DNA of 64,000 nucleotides from Desulfatiglandales bacterium (GTDB lineage: Bacteria; Desulfobacterota; DSM-4660; Desulfatiglandales; Desulfatiglandaceae), in contig OY762721.1 of the NCBI GenBank assembly GCA_963666345.1, positions 480,001-544,000 on the forward strand, written 5' to 3'. A model generated the notes under the pieces. That model worked only from the letters and a program-made list of their open reading frames with translations, searched no databases and was not told where the DNA came from. The first letter of the stretch is position 1. Every line of letters begins with the position of its first letter. The position numbers and the translations under genes are program-made. Of this stretch, positions 10,164 to 21,241 are shown one piece after another.

Positions 10164-10171
10164 GAGCTATA

Positions 10172-11149
10172 TCAGCAAACAGTTCGAAATCCCTTGCAGC
10201 CGCCTTCTATCTGTTCGATGATGGCATGGGCGAACATCAGGGCCTTTCGCCCGTCTTCCCCCGAAACGACCGGTTTTTCACCCGTATTCACGGAATTTAC
10301 AAATGCTGCAATCTCATCGGCCAGAGGGTCACTTTCAGGATAAGTCATTTTGGATGTGACCTTTGGAAAGGAGCCTGCTGATTCGGTAAGTTCCCCGTCA
10401 AGGCTGGTCACATTAAGCCTTCTTTTTGCACAGTCAACCGAAAGGTAGGAATCCCTTTGAAATATCCTTATCTTTCTGACCGTATTTGCGGAAACCCGGC
10501 TTGCGGTAAAATTTGCTACGGCACCGTTTTCAAAAATCATCCTTGCGTTTGCAATATCGGTTTTACCTGTTATGACCGACATCCCCACGGCGTGAAGCTC
10601 TTTGACATCCGATGGGACAATATGCAGGATTATGTCAAGATCATGTATCATCAGATCAAGCACTACGTCCACATCGGTGCCTCTCTTTGTGAAGGAATGA
10701 AGCCGTTGAGATTCCATGAATATCGGCCTGGTCACCATTTTCTCCATGGCTGCGACAGCAGGGTTAAACCTCTCAACGTGCCCCACCTGAATAACGAGGT
10801 CCTTGGCCCTTGCCATTTCAATAAGTGCATCCGCATCTTCAAGCCTGGAGGTAATAGGCTTTTCGATCAGCAGATGCACACCTCTTTCTAGCAGATCGCG
10901 TGCCATGGAGAAGTGTCTTTCGGTCGGAACGGCAAGACTCACCGCGTCCACCCCGCCCTTTATCTGAGAGAAGTCTTCATAGCCTTTCAGATCGTACAGC
11001 CGGGCAATCTCATTGACCCTTTTTTTGTCCGTATCCACTACCCCGACCAGATCTACCCCCTCCAGGGCATCATATTTCTGCACATGGTAATTTCCGAGGT
11101 GACCCACCCCTATTACCGCAACTCTCAGCATTTTTTTAAGGCTTCCCAT
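10172..11149 (-). CDS. Gfo/Idh/MocA oxidoreductase, probable UDP-GlcNAc 3-dehydrogenase (GnnA-like)
   Basis: GVGHLG Rossmann motif, IEKP, GHVERFNPA, DLMIHDLD; located between lpxA/lpxI and lpxB. Confidence 0.75.
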   Translation of the reverse strand: MGSLKKMLRVAVIGVGHLGNYHVQKYDALEGVDLVGVVDTDKKRVNEIARLYDLKGYEDFSQIKGGVDAVSLAVPTERHFSMARDLLERGVHLLIEKPITSRLEDADALIEMARAKDLVIQVGHVERFNPAVAAMEKMVTRPIFMESQRLHSFTKRGTDVDVVLDLMIHDLDIILHIVPSDVKELHAVGMSVITGKTDIANARMIFENGAVANFTASRVSANTVRKIRIFQRDSYLSVDCAKRRLNVTSLDGELTESAGSFPKVTSKMTYPESDPLADEIAAFVNSVNTGEKPVVSGEDGRKALMFAHAIIEQIEGGCKGFRTVC

Positions 11150-11159
11150 ATTTAATTCA

Positions 11160-11972
11160 TCAACGCGAAATAACGCTTATCCCCTGACTGTCGGCCATGG
11201 AAAGCATTTTTTCTCTTTCGAACATAAGTGACTTGCCCGCCTCGACAGCCAAAACCGAGGCCTTTACCTTGGACATGGTCTCAATTGTTCCGGGTCCCAC
11301 GGAAGGTACATCGAATCTCAGATCCTGCTTCGGCTTGCTGACCTTTACCACAACGGCCTTTTCTCTTCCAAGCCGACCGCCTCTTAAAATTGTTTCATCC
11401 GTTCCCTCAATCGCCTCAACTGCCAGAATTGTCTTCTGCCTTACCACCACGCACTGTCCTATATCCAAAAGGCCGATCTCCTTTGCAATCTTCCATCCCA
11501 ATTTTATGTCTTCCCTTTCATCCCTTGTGGGTCTCCTTTTGGTGAGGCACCCTTCAGGAGCTATCAGGTCAGGCAGAAATTCGGTTGAGCTGACTATCTC
11601 TATTCCCTCTTTGGAAAACTCCCTTGAAACGGCACTCAGGATATCGTCATCATGAAAAACAGCCAGTTTTGAAATAAGGGAAAGGCCCTTTATATCCGGC
11701 CTTATGTTCTCGAACATCCTGCGTTTTTTTATGGTTCCGGCCATTATCGCACGGCTCACGCCCCTCTTTCGCAGCAGCTTGATGAGCTGCCCCAGCTGTC
11801 CCAGCCTTATCCATTCCGTTTCCTGGGCGATATCAGCCAGAGATTCATCCGTCTCACCAAGATGTGCGACCGCAACCACATGAATACCCAGTTTTTTTGC
11901 CGCCCCCGCCACCAACAGAGGGAACTGGCCGCCGCCTGCAATGATGCCCAGGATCTCATTCTTATTATTCAT
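11160..11972 (-). CDS. lpxI: UDP-2,3-diacylglucosamine diphosphatase LpxI
   Basis: GIIAGGGQFP, DIGQCVVV, AVEAIEGTD, QDLRFDVP; start MNNKNEIL preferred to 12041. Confidence 0.92.
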   Translation of the reverse strand: MNNKNEILGIIAGGGQFPLLVAGAAKKLGIHVVAVAHLGETDESLADIAQETEWIRLGQLGQLIKLLRKRGVSRAIMAGTIKKRRMFENIRPDIKGLSLISKLAVFHDDDILSAVSREFSKEGIEIVSSTEFLPDLIAPEGCLTKRRPTRDEREDIKLGWKIAKEIGLLDIGQCVVVRQKTILAVEAIEGTDETILRGGRLGREKAVVVKVSKPKQDLRFDVPSVGPGTIETMSKVKASVLAVEAGKSLMFEREKMLSMADSQGISVISR

Positions 11973-12059
11973 ATACTTGTTTCTTCTCTTCCGGCTCTTA
12001 CAAGGTGAAGGCATTTCAGACATCGATATCAACGATTTCACTTACAGTGAAAGATACTG

Positions 12060-12833
12060 TTATCGCAATATCCCCCTTTTGGAACCGTTGAAAAAATCCA
12101 ACAACATTTCCAGCTCGGCAAAAGGCTCGATCTTGCTTCTTACCTCTTTGATACCTTCGCTGAAATTTTTGTTTTCCCTCCATATGATCCTGTAGGCCTT
12201 TTTCAGACCGTCTATTCTTTCCTGTGGCAATCCCTTCCGGCTCAGACCTTTTCTGTTTATACCGAAGAGCCTTGCACGCGGCCCGGCCGTTATCATGAAA
12301 GGAGGCACATCCCTGTCTATTCCCGATTTGGCACCCAGGAAAGCGTGAGAACCGATCCTTACAAACTGATGCACGGCTACCAGTCCTCCAAGGATTGCAT
12401 AGTCCCCGACCGTTATATGACCTCCCAGTGTCGCCACGTTCGACATAATCACATGGTCTCCGAGAACACAGTCATGGGCGATATGCGCATAGGCCATTAT
12501 ATAATTGTGACTACCCAGAACGGTCTTCCGTTTCTCTTTTATTGTCGCCTTGTTAATGGTTACATACTCTCTTATGACATTATCGTTTCCTATATAGAGT
12601 CTGGTATCTTCTCCTTTGTACCCTATATCCTGCGGAGGAGTGCCTATGGATGAAAAAGGATAGAAAAGGTTCCTCTCGCCTATATTCGTGTGACCTTCTA
12701 TGGCGACATGAGCGCCTATTACGGTGTCGGATCCAATACTTACATGGTCTCCTATGGAGCTGTACGGTCCTATCTTCACCCCTGATGCTATCTTTGCATT
12801 AGGGCTGACCACTGCTGAAGGATGGATATCCAT
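12060..12833 (-). CDS. lpxA: acyl-ACP--UDP-N-acetylglucosamine O-acyltransferase
   Basis: Hexapeptide repeats, PPQDIGYKGE, AHIAHDC, VHQFVRIG. Confidence 0.96.
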   Translation of the reverse strand: MDIHPSAVVSPNAKIASGVKIGPYSSIGDHVSIGSDTVIGAHVAIEGHTNIGERNLFYPFSSIGTPPQDIGYKGEDTRLYIGNDNVIREYVTINKATIKEKRKTVLGSHNYIMAYAHIAHDCVLGDHVIMSNVATLGGHITVGDYAILGGLVAVHQFVRIGSHAFLGAKSGIDRDVPPFMITAGPRARLFGINRKGLSRKGLPQERIDGLKKAYRIIWRENKNFSEGIKEVRSKIEPFAELEMLLDFFNGSKRGILR

Positions 12834-12981
12834 TATTTCCCTCTTTTCACTTTAAAATAAAGGCCTCTGTCAAAACGGAGGCCGTTGCTTTCTAAAACAA
12901 CCTGTCAAAGACAACCCAAGCCGGCGTCATTTTCCAGACCTACCCGGCCCTTAAAAAATTTCGATACGTTCACCTTTCATT

Positions 12982-13428
12982 TCAGGAAATTGTAGCCACC
13001 AACTCAGCTTCGGTCACTAATTCGTTTTCCACAAATGCCTTTCCGGCCATCTTCCATACCCTTGAACCACTTCTTAAAGTGTTCAATTCAAATCTCAGCC
13101 GGTCCCCAGGCACTACCGGTTTGCGGAATTTCACCTTATCAATGGATACAAAATAAACAGGCTTTCCCTCTGCCCCGTCAAATGAATGATCTATGGAAAG
13201 ACGCGCGAGTATGCCTCCAACCTGTGCCATAGCCTCAACGATCAGAACCCCGGGCATAATCGGATTACCGGGAAAATGACCCTGAAAGAAGGGTTCGTTC
13301 GCACTAACATTCTTTATCCCCACAACCCTTTCCCCGAATTCCAGCTCCGTTATCCTGTCAACGAAAAGAAACGGATAGCGATGGGGAAGGATCTTGATTA
13401 TTTCTTCATATACCAGTGGAAGTTTCAT
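12982..13428 (-). CDS. fabZ: 3-hydroxyacyl-ACP dehydratase
   Basis: LPHRYPFLFVDR, FFQGHFPGNPIMPGVLIVEAMAQ. Confidence 0.97.
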   Translation of the reverse strand: MKLPLVYEEIIKILPHRYPFLFVDRITELEFGERVVGIKNVSANEPFFQGHFPGNPIMPGVLIVEAMAQVGGILARLSIDHSFDGAEGKPVYFVSIDKVKFRKPVVPGDRLRFELNTLRSGSRVWKMAGKAFVENELVTEAELVATIS

Positions 13429-13499
13429 TTACCAAAGCACTCCTCTAGATATTTTCGGATCTTTCCAAACAGGCACCCTGTTATACAGGTACAAATAAA

Positions 13500-14528
13500 T
13501 TATTTCATGGAGTCTTCCAGTTCCTTCACCTTCTTTTCAAGCTGTCTCAAGCGTTCATTTAATTTTGGAAGCCTCGTAATAAGTCCCGAAGTCTTCAACC
13601 AGAGCCTGTGAGGCATTGTCGGAGTCCCCGAAACAATATCCCCGGGCGCGATCGATTTGGCAACACCAGACTGAGAACCTATCATCGCCCTGTCACCGAT
13701 ATCAACGTGATCGGATATTCCCACCTGACCTCCCAGCACTACTTCACGACCGACATTCACGCTCCCCGAAATACCGACCTGTGAGACGACAATCGTATTC
13801 TCTCCGATTACCACATTGTGCCCTATCTGCACCAGGTTGTCCGTCTTTACCCCTCTTTTTATCCATGTCTTACCCAGGGCCGCCCTGTCGATGCTGTTAT
13901 TGGAGCCTATCTCCACATCATCGTCTATCTGAACTATGCCCGTTTGGGGTATCTTTACCGAGGCGGCCCCGTCACGAGTGAATCCGAACCCGTCACTGCC
14001 TATCGTCGATCCTGCGTGGATAATCACATTGTTTCCTATAATACACCGATCCAGGATACTGACGTTTGGATAGATAACGCAGTTCTCCCCTACACGAACC
14101 CGGTCTCCCAGGAACACCCCCGGAAATATCACCGAACCTTCACCAACAACGGTCTCCTTACCTATATAGGCAAAAGGATATATGGAAACATTTTCCCCTG
14201 TTCGACAGGTTTCACTTATAAAGGCATCTTCGCTTATCCCTGGAAATCTGCCGATTGGAGGGGCAAAAAGGCCGGAAACAACGGCATAGGCTAGTTCGGG
14301 ATTTTTCACTACCAGCTGAGGCCCTTTAAAGGAATCTACCGGTTCTTTGACAATTATGGCGCTCGCACCGGTAGCTTTCAGTTGATCCCGGTACCTCTTG
14401 TCCGCATAAAAGCTTATTTCTCCCGATCCTGCCGCATCAAGGGAGTTGATTCCCTTTATCAGCAGGTCTCCGTCACCGATCACCTCACCATCGGCAGCTT
14501 CGGCTATCTCACTTAATGGGATCTGCAA
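13500..14528 (-). CDS. lpxD: UDP-3-O-acylglucosamine N-acyltransferase
   Basis: [25 protein letters not shown], hexapeptide repeats. Confidence 0.96.
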   Translation of the reverse strand: MQIPLSEIAEAADGEVIGDGDLLIKGINSLDAAGSGEISFYADKRYRDQLKATGASAIIVKEPVDSFKGPQLVVKNPELAYAVVSGLFAPPIGRFPGISEDAFISETCRTGENVSIYPFAYIGKETVVGEGSVIFPGVFLGDRVRVGENCVIYPNVSILDRCIIGNNVIIHAGSTIGSDGFGFTRDGAASVKIPQTGIVQIDDDVEIGSNNSIDRAALGKTWIKRGVKTDNLVQIGHNVVIGENTIVVSQVGISGSVNVGREVVLGGQVGISDHVDIGDRAMIGSQSGVAKSIAPGDIVSGTPTMPHRLWLKTSGLITRLPKLNERLRQLEKKVKELEDSMK

Positions 14529-14539
14529 TGCTCAAACTC

Positions 14540-15070
14540 CTACTTCTTTGCCTTGTCATAGGCATTTATCACCGCGTCCGTAATCTCTATGGCGTCATCG
14601 AAATACACCAGCCCCGGCATATTCTTCTCGAAAATGATTGTATAGCCTTTTTCTTTCCCAATCTTCCCCACCACTTTATTTATCTCTCTTGTAACCATTT
14701 TTGTGGCTTCGCCCTCGGCGCTCTTCATCTCAAGAGAAAATTCGCTGTAGAGATATTTATAATACCTTCTCTTTTTTTCAAGTTCCTTTTGCTTGGTCTC
14801 TTTTGCGTCCAGGCTGAGCATCATGCTCTGCTTCTTGAGTTCTTCCTCCAGTTTCAGAAGCGAGTTTTTTTCCTTGTCCAGTTTTTGCTGAAGTAATTCC
14901 AGTTTGGTTTTCAATTGTGTCCTGATTTCCTGAAATCCTAAGGACTTTTGCTGAAATTTTGTCATGTCCACTATAGCGATCTTACCGTCGCCCTGGCAAA
15001 AGGCGCTGGATTGGAAACAGAATGCGATACCTGTTATCAAAAAAAACATTAAAAAACGCTTCATATTCAT
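14540..15070 (-). CDS. skp: periplasmic OMP chaperone Skp/OmpH
   Basis: Signal peptide, KIAIVDM, coiled coil, EITDAVI; bamA-skp-lpxD synteny. Confidence 0.88.
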   Translation of the reverse strand: MNMKRFLMFFLITGIAFCFQSSAFCQGDGKIAIVDMTKFQQKSLGFQEIRTQLKTKLELLQQKLDKEKNSLLKLEEELKKQSMMLSLDAKETKQKELEKKRRYYKYLYSEFSLEMKSAEGEATKMVTREINKVVGKIGKEKGYTIIFEKNMPGLVYFDDAIEITDAVINAYDKAKK

Positions 15071-15122
15071 CCCCCTTTAAAATTCGATACCCTGTATTTT
15101 TATCCATGATATCAAGGATAAT

Positions 15123-17840
15123 CTAAAAGAACCCTCCAACGGAAAATTCGTATTTCCCTGAAGATTCACCCTCTTCAGGATCAAGGTTCTTGCCGTACTC
15201 AAGACGCAAAGGACCCATCGGAGAATACCACCTGAAACCGATCCCCGCGGACTTCTTTATATCACTGAACGACAGCGACTCGGTATTTCTGAAAGAATTC
15301 CCGAAGTCGCTGAATATAACTCCATTCACCCCCTGCTCCTTTAAAAGAGGGAACACGTACTCAAGGTTAAATACCATCATTTTTTCACCGCCTATTTTTT
15401 CTCCGTTGTCTTTGGGCGATATTTCCGCATAATCAAAACCTCTGACAGTATTTATGCCCCCGAGAAAATACTTCTGAAACGGCGACAGACTTCCTCCGGA
15501 TCTCTTTTTGACATACCCCCATCTGGCCTGGGTCATAAACACTGTGTCCCAGTAAAACGGCCAGTACCATGCGGATTTGATATCATATTTATTAAAGTAT
15601 TCGTCACCGCTCAAAATGCCGCCAGCATACTCAAAACTTATGCTGTTGACCGACCCCCTGCTGGTATTCCATGGTCTGTCCCTGCTGTCTCTCTTTATCT
15701 CAAAAGTAGTACTGCTGGTATTGGTTCGGCCTTCCATATTTCTGATAATGAGGGAAGCACTGTTCTCTACATCTGAGATCTTTGAGCTGTCATAGCCATA
15801 TTTTATCGAACCTCTCGTGTATTCATCCATCGGTATCGGAAATCCCAAAGACAGTGAAGCCCCGGTTGCATCCCTTGTGTAGTCATCGTATTCATATTCC
15901 CATTTGTAGAGATCAACTCCACCGGAGATATTTCTGTCGAATATCCATGGTTCAACAAATTTTATGTCATAATAGCTTGATTCGCCGCCCACCTTTGCAT
16001 ATGCGGAAAGTTTCTGCCCCTTTCCAAGAAAATTGTTTTCTCCTATCTCGAACATTACAAAGGCCGAGTCTTGAGAACTGTAGCCCGCTCCCATGCTGAA
16101 GGAACCGGTGGGTCTTTCTTTGACCTTGACATCCAGGATCATGAGATCCTCGGCGCTTCCTTTTTTTGTCTTTAATTCCACATCCTCGAAAAAACCGAGG
16201 CGATTAAGGTTTTCCGTACTTTTCTTGAAGGCCGCCCCGCTGAAATACCTTCCCTCTATGGCCTTGAGTTCGCGCCTTATCACCTTGTCTCTGGTCGATG
16301 TATTTCCTGTTATGTTGATCCTTTCGAATTTGACCAGGGGACCCTTTGAGATATTGTAGGTTATATCAACTCTGTGGCCTTCATCATCCTCTTTAGTGCT
16401 GGGAGATACTTCCGCATTTGCATGGCCTTCATCAAGGAATACGCTTTTGAGTGCAAGCGTGTCCTCTCGAATCACCTTCCTGTTAAAGTATTTCTCACTT
16501 CCTATCCGCACCTTGCCCAAAAGCTCTTCCTCGGCCTGGTCAAAATCACCTTTGATCATTACCTCGCCGACGGTGTATTGAGCCCCCTCCTGAACGGCGA
16601 TCGTGATCATGAGACCTTCACCCTCTTCATAGGTTATTTCCGGTTCCCCTATCTTTGCCCTGATGAAGCCCTGATTATTGTAAAATGATGTTATCATGTG
16701 GACATCGAACTCGAGGGCCTTTTTGTCAAGAAGCCCGGAACTTGTGATCCAGGAGAAAAATCCCTTCTCTTTCGAGACCATGATGTCCGACAGATCATCA
16801 TCATCGAAATGTTCGTTGCCTTCAAAGCGGATCTTTCTTATATAAACCTTCTTCTTTTCATCTATCTCATAGGCAATAAGCACCTCGTTGTTCGGAAGTT
16901 CCTCGGTCTTTTCCTTGATATCCACGTTATAATAGGCCTTTTTATGGTAAAGCTCCTTGAGTCTGCTGATGCTCTGCCTCACCTTGTTTCGGTCAAGTAT
17001 GGAATAGAGTTTTATTCCCACTTCCTCTTTAAGATCTTTGTCTTTAATCTTCTTGTTTCCCTTGAAAACTATCTGCCCGATGGAAGGCTTTTCAGAGACA
17101 TTGAAAATCACTATTTTACCCTTTGATCCATCTTCGGTATCAATTGAAACGTTCTTGAAAAATCCCATGGAATAGACTTCTCTGAGGTCTTCGTCCAAAA
17201 GGTCGTAGTCGATGCTGTCACCTTTTCTGGAACTTATGACTTCCAGTATCGCATCCTTTTCGATCCTCTTGTTTCCCTTTACGATAATTGTTTCGATCTG
17301 TTCCACGCCGGAGATCTCATTGTATACACTGGTGGCGATCCTGGAAGAGGTCTCCTCAAGGGCATCCATATTTTCCGCTGCCATAAAGAGAAAAAAGGGC
17401 TTCCTTTTCCCTGATACATCTACCACTTTCAGATCCAGGCTGAGGCGTTCTCCAATCTGAGTCAGACTCCCCAGTATCACCCACGTTGCCCCTACATCCT
17501 TTCCGAAAAGGATAAGCTCCTTATCCGAGGAAACCTGGCTAAAGGCCAGCGGATGCCTGTTTATCTCCTCCAGGCCTAAGACCTCCATGCCTTTTTTCTC
17601 TATTCGAAGGGCAAGCATTTCCTGGATGTCTTTTCGTAAACTCACCTCCTTTTCCGGTGCATGGAACCTGACGGGAAGTATGGCAATTCCCGCATCCTTC
17701 TCAGCAAAAGCGAAAGAAGGTCTGAAAACCGATGTGACGGCCAATAATAAGAAAAGACACAAAAAGATCCGAAAGGATATCTTCCGGCCAGGACAAAAAG
17801 ATCTCATTTTTCCTACCTTTCCCCTAAAGAATTTTTCCAC
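15123..17840 (-). CDS. bamA: outer membrane protein assembly factor BamA with extra N-terminal domain
   Basis: POTRA repeats (GNKRIE, GNKKIK, GNEHF, GNTSTRDKVIRRE), VRGF loop, SPMGPLRLEYG, terminal Phe; alternative start ATG 17807. Confidence 0.95.
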   Translation of the reverse strand: MEKFFRGKVGKMRSFCPGRKISFRIFLCLFLLLAVTSVFRPSFAFAEKDAGIAILPVRFHAPEKEVSLRKDIQEMLALRIEKKGMEVLGLEEINRHPLAFSQVSSDKELILFGKDVGATWVILGSLTQIGERLSLDLKVVDVSGKRKPFFLFMAAENMDALEETSSRIATSVYNEISGVEQIETIIVKGNKRIEKDAILEVISSRKGDSIDYDLLDEDLREVYSMGFFKNVSIDTEDGSKGKIVIFNVSEKPSIGQIVFKGNKKIKDKDLKEEVGIKLYSILDRNKVRQSISRLKELYHKKAYYNVDIKEKTEELPNNEVLIAYEIDEKKKVYIRKIRFEGNEHFDDDDLSDIMVSKEKGFFSWITSSGLLDKKALEFDVHMITSFYNNQGFIRAKIGEPEITYEEGEGLMITIAVQEGAQYTVGEVMIKGDFDQAEEELLGKVRIGSEKYFNRKVIREDTLALKSVFLDEGHANAEVSPSTKEDDEGHRVDITYNISKGPLVKFERINITGNTSTRDKVIRRELKAIEGRYFSGAAFKKSTENLNRLGFFEDVELKTKKGSAEDLMILDVKVKERPTGSFSMGAGYSSQDSAFVMFEIGENNFLGKGQKLSAYAKVGGESSYYDIKFVEPWIFDRNISGGVDLYKWEYEYDDYTRDATGASLSLGFPIPMDEYTRGSIKYGYDSSKISDVENSASLIIRNMEGRTNTSSTTFEIKRDSRDRPWNTSRGSVNSISFEYAGGILSGDEYFNKYDIKSAWYWPFYWDTVFMTQARWGYVKKRSGGSLSPFQKYFLGGINTVRGFDYAEISPKDNGEKIGGEKMMVFNLEYVFPLLKEQGVNGVIFSDFGNSFRNTESLSFSDIKKSAGIGFRWYSPMGPLRLEYGKNLDPEEGESSGKYEFSVGGFF

Positions 17841-18486
17841 CGGCTATCTCCATTTTTCTTGACATCTTTTCTGCCAGTCTTTCGTTGTGTGTAGCAATCA
17901 CCATGGCCACTTTATCCTCGTTCATGATCCTGAACAGAAGATCAGCCACCTCCTGACCGGTAAACCAGTCAAGATTTCCGGTCGGCTCGTCAGCAAGCAG
18001 GAGTTCGGGGCTCATAACCAGCGCCCTGGCAATGGCAACCCTCTGCTGTTCTCCCCCTGAAAGTTCACCCGCCCTGTGTGTCAGACGGTTGCTGAGCCCC
18101 ACTCTGTCCAGCATGACCCCGGCCTTTTTTACCGCCTCATTTCTGGTAAGCCGCGCGATCAATGCAGGCATCATGGCGTTTTCAAGTGCATTGAACTCCG
18201 GAAGCAGGTGGTGGGATTGGAATACAAAACCGATTTTTCTGTTCCTGAAGGCTGAAATCTCCTTTTCATCCATAGCATAGATGTCTTGATCACGAAATCT
18301 CACCACACCTTCCGATGGTTGTTCGAGACTGCCCATTATGTTGAGCAGAGTCGACTTTCCCACACCGGAAGCCCCCATAATCGCCACGCTCTCCCCCGAA
18401 GTAACGGCAAGGTCGATCCCTTTGAGAACCTCTATTTCATTGCCATGATGAATAAAGCTCTTTGTTACGCCTTCAAGTGCTATCAC
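17824..18486 (-). CDS. lolD: lipoprotein-releasing ABC transporter ATPase
   Basis: GASGVGKST, LSGGEQQRVAIARAL, ADEPTGNLD; adjacent to lolC/E. Confidence 0.92.
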   Translation of the reverse strand: MIALEGVTKSFIHHGNEIEVLKGIDLAVTSGESVAIMGASGVGKSTLLNIMGSLEQPSEGVVRFRDQDIYAMDEKEISAFRNRKIGFVFQSHHLLPEFNALENAMMPALIARLTRNEAVKKAGVMLDRVGLSNRLTHRAGELSGGEQQRVAIARALVMSPELLLADEPTGNLDWFTGQEVADLLFRIMNEDKVAMVIATHNERLAEKMSRKMEIAGGKIL

Positions 18487-18510
18487 CCGGCCCTCCTGAA
18501 AAAATTGGCA

Positions 18511-19737
18511 TTACTCATACCGGATAGCCTCTACCGGGTTTAACCTGGAAGCATACCAGGACGGGTATATGGTGGCCAGAAAAGATATGCCCACCGCGGC
18601 TAAGGCTACGAATAAGACATCCGCCTGCTCGACCCTGACCGGAAGATTGGATATGTAATAGACGTCTGACGGCAGTTTTATGAATTTGTATTTTTCAAGG
18701 ATATGGCACAGCCCGAGGCCGGAGGCAAGACCTGCGAAAGTACCTACAAGGCCCACAAGAAGACCCTGAATCATGAAAACGGACATTATACTTTTAGCGG
18801 ACGCGCCCATTGCTCTCAATATCGCCACATCCTTGGTCTTTTCCATCACAACCATTACAAGAGTACTTATTATGTTCAAGGCCCCTACCAGGACAATCAT
18901 GGTAAGGATCACGAACATGGTGACCTTTTCAAGCTTCAGGGCCGAGATAAGGCTACGGTTCATCTTTTTCCAGTCTTTTGTCCAGAACGGGTAACCGAGA
19001 TCTTCCTGTATCAGCCCTGCAACCTTTTCGGAAGCGTCTATATCCTTGACCCGCACCTCTAAGCCGGTAACCTTTTGACCCAGCCCCAGTAAATTTTGGG
19101 CCTCTTTGAGGGACACAAACACCATTGATGCATCATACTCGTACATACCGGAATCAAAAAGTGCGGCAATCAAATATCTTCTGGTATTGGGAGCCCGGCC
19201 GACCGGGGTAAGCTTTCCCTCCGGCGAGACTACCGAAATGGTATCTCCCCTTAGGACTCCCAGTTTTTTTGACAATTCGCTTCCGATGATAATGGAAGGC
19301 ATGCCCTCGAAATTTTCTTCAAGAGAATCTATACTGCCCTTTTTTATCATATCCTTTATTCCCACTACCTCTGCCGCGCTTTCAGGATCTATCCCCCTCA
19401 GCACGGCACCGGACACATTCCCACCGTTATTGACCATGACCTGACTGTAGATAAAAGGGGAAACGGCGGCCACTCCTTCTATCTTACCGCACCTGTCCGC
19501 AACCTCGGCATGGTCCTTGACCCCTCCGCTGTAACTCATGACCAGGACATGCGAATTTACTCCGAGGATCTTGGACATAAGGTCGGCCCTGAATCCGTTC
19601 ATCACGGAAAGAACCACCACAAGAGCCATGACCCCCACCATTACACCCAATACCGATATAATGGTAATCACGGATATAAAGGTCTGCTTCCTTTTGGCCC
19701 TGAGGTATCTCATACCCAGAAGCAATTCAAAGGACAT
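18511..19737 (-). CDS. lolE: lipoprotein-releasing ABC transporter permease LolC/E
   Basis: RYLRAKRKQTFISVIT, SVMNGF, LNPVEAIRYE. Confidence 0.9.
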   Translation of the reverse strand: MSFELLLGMRYLRAKRKQTFISVITIISVLGVMVGVMALVVVLSVMNGFRADLMSKILGVNSHVLVMSYSGGVKDHAEVADRCGKIEGVAAVSPFIYSQVMVNNGGNVSGAVLRGIDPESAAEVVGIKDMIKKGSIDSLEENFEGMPSIIIGSELSKKLGVLRGDTISVVSPEGKLTPVGRAPNTRRYLIAALFDSGMYEYDASMVFVSLKEAQNLLGLGQKVTGLEVRVKDIDASEKVAGLIQEDLGYPFWTKDWKKMNRSLISALKLEKVTMFVILTMIVLVGALNIISTLVMVVMEKTKDVAILRAMGASAKSIMSVFMIQGLLVGLVGTFAGLASGLGLCHILEKYKFIKLPSDVYYISNLPVRVEQADVLFVALAAVGISFLATIYPSWYASRLNPVEAIRYE

Positions 19738-19744
19738 AAAGCAC

Positions 19745-21241
19745 CTACTCCTGACGCGATCTCATATGAGGAAACAGGATGACGTCTCTTATTGAGGGGG
19801 AATCAGTAAGCAGCATAACCACCCTGTCAATGCCTATTCCTTCCCCGGCGGTTGGGGGCATGCCGTACTCAAGCGCCCTTACGTAATCCTTATCCATGAA
19901 CTGGGCCTCCTTATCACCTGCCTCCCTCAAGGCGACCTGGGATTCGAACCTCTGCCTCTGGTCATCAGGATCATTGAGTTCATTAAAACCATTGGCGATT
20001 TCCCTTCCGCCGATAAACAGTTCAAAGCGGTCCGTAATATCAGGATTCTCCTCATTACGCCTGGAAAGGGGAGAAACCTCCGTGGGGTACCCGGTCACAA
20101 AAGTGGGACTTATCAGTTTAGGCTCTACAAGATGGTCAAAGAGCTTTACCAATATCTGTCCATGACCGTCCCTTTCACTGAGAGGTATCTCAAGCCTTTC
20201 CGCCTCCATCTTTGCTTTTTCCCTTCCTTGAAGCACCTCTGGATCAGCGCCCCCTATCTGGATCAGGGAGTCAAAAAGCGTGATTCTGCGCCAGGGTGGA
20301 GTGAAATCCATGCTCATTCCCTGATACCCTATCACGCTGGTTGCAAAGATATTGTTTATAACATGGCTGAAGAGTTCTTCGGTAAGCCCCATGAGCTCTT
20401 CATAGGTGGCATACGCCATATAGAATTCCAGCATGGTAAATTCAGGGTTGTGTTTTATGGAAATTCCTTCGTTTCTGAAATTTCTGTTTATCTCAAAGAC
20501 CCTTTCAAGCCCCCCTACCACCAGCCTCTTAAGATACAGTTCAGGGGCCACCCTCAGATAAAGATCCATACCGAGAGCGTTGTGGTAGGTCTTAAATGGC
20601 CTGGCCGTGGCACCGCCCGGAATCGGCTGCATCATAGGGGTCTCGACTTCAAGGAAATCCTTGGCCATGAAAAATTCCCTGATCAGACTGATGATACGGC
20701 TCCTTTTAATAAAGACCTCTTTTACATCGTCGTTCATTATAAGGTCCACATAACGCTGCCTGTACCTAGTCTCCACATCGGTCAGGCCGTGCCATTTCTC
20801 CGGTAGCGGCCTCATGGATTTTCCAAGCAGGCACAGGTCCTCGGCCATGATGGTCAACTCACCCGTCCTGGTCATGAAAAGAGGACCCTTCAGACCTATA
20901 AAATCCCCTATATCCATAAGCTTGAAGGTTTCAAAGGCCTCATCACTTACCTTGTTCTTTCTTATATAGGCCTGTATTCTGGCTGTCCTGTCTTTAACAT
21001 GTATGAATGAGGCCTTCCCGAAGTCCCTCACCGATATTATCCGTCCGGCAAAAGAAAAAGACTTGGTTTCCTTCTCAAGTCTTTCCCCTTCCATATCACC
21101 ATACTGCTCAATGAGCTCTGCCGCGGTAACGTCAACCTTAAAACCTGTAGGATAAAGGCTATTGCCTGCCGCCCTTAATTTTTCTACCTTTCTCGCCCTA
21201 TCCTCAAATACTGTTCCTCTTTTCTCCATAATTTCACTCAA
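19745..21241 (-). CDS. lysS: lysine--tRNA ligase, class II
   Basis: [44 protein letters not shown]. Confidence 0.97.
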   Translation of the reverse strand: MSEIMEKRGTVFEDRARKVEKLRAAGNSLYPTGFKVDVTAAELIEQYGDMEGERLEKETKSFSFAGRIISVRDFGKASFIHVKDRTARIQAYIRKNKVSDEAFETFKLMDIGDFIGLKGPLFMTRTGELTIMAEDLCLLGKSMRPLPEKWHGLTDVETRYRQRYVDLIMNDDVKEVFIKRSRIISLIREFFMAKDFLEVETPMMQPIPGGATARPFKTYHNALGMDLYLRVAPELYLKRLVVGGLERVFEINRNFRNEGISIKHNPEFTMLEFYMAYATYEELMGLTEELFSHVINNIFATSVIGYQGMSMDFTPPWRRITLFDSLIQIGGADPEVLQGREKAKMEAERLEIPLSERDGHGQILVKLFDHLVEPKLISPTFVTGYPTEVSPLSRRNEENPDITDRFELFIGGREIANGFNELNDPDDQRQRFESQVALREAGDKEAQFMDKDYVRALEYGMPPTAGEGIGIDRVVMLLTDSPSIRDVILFPHMRSRQE

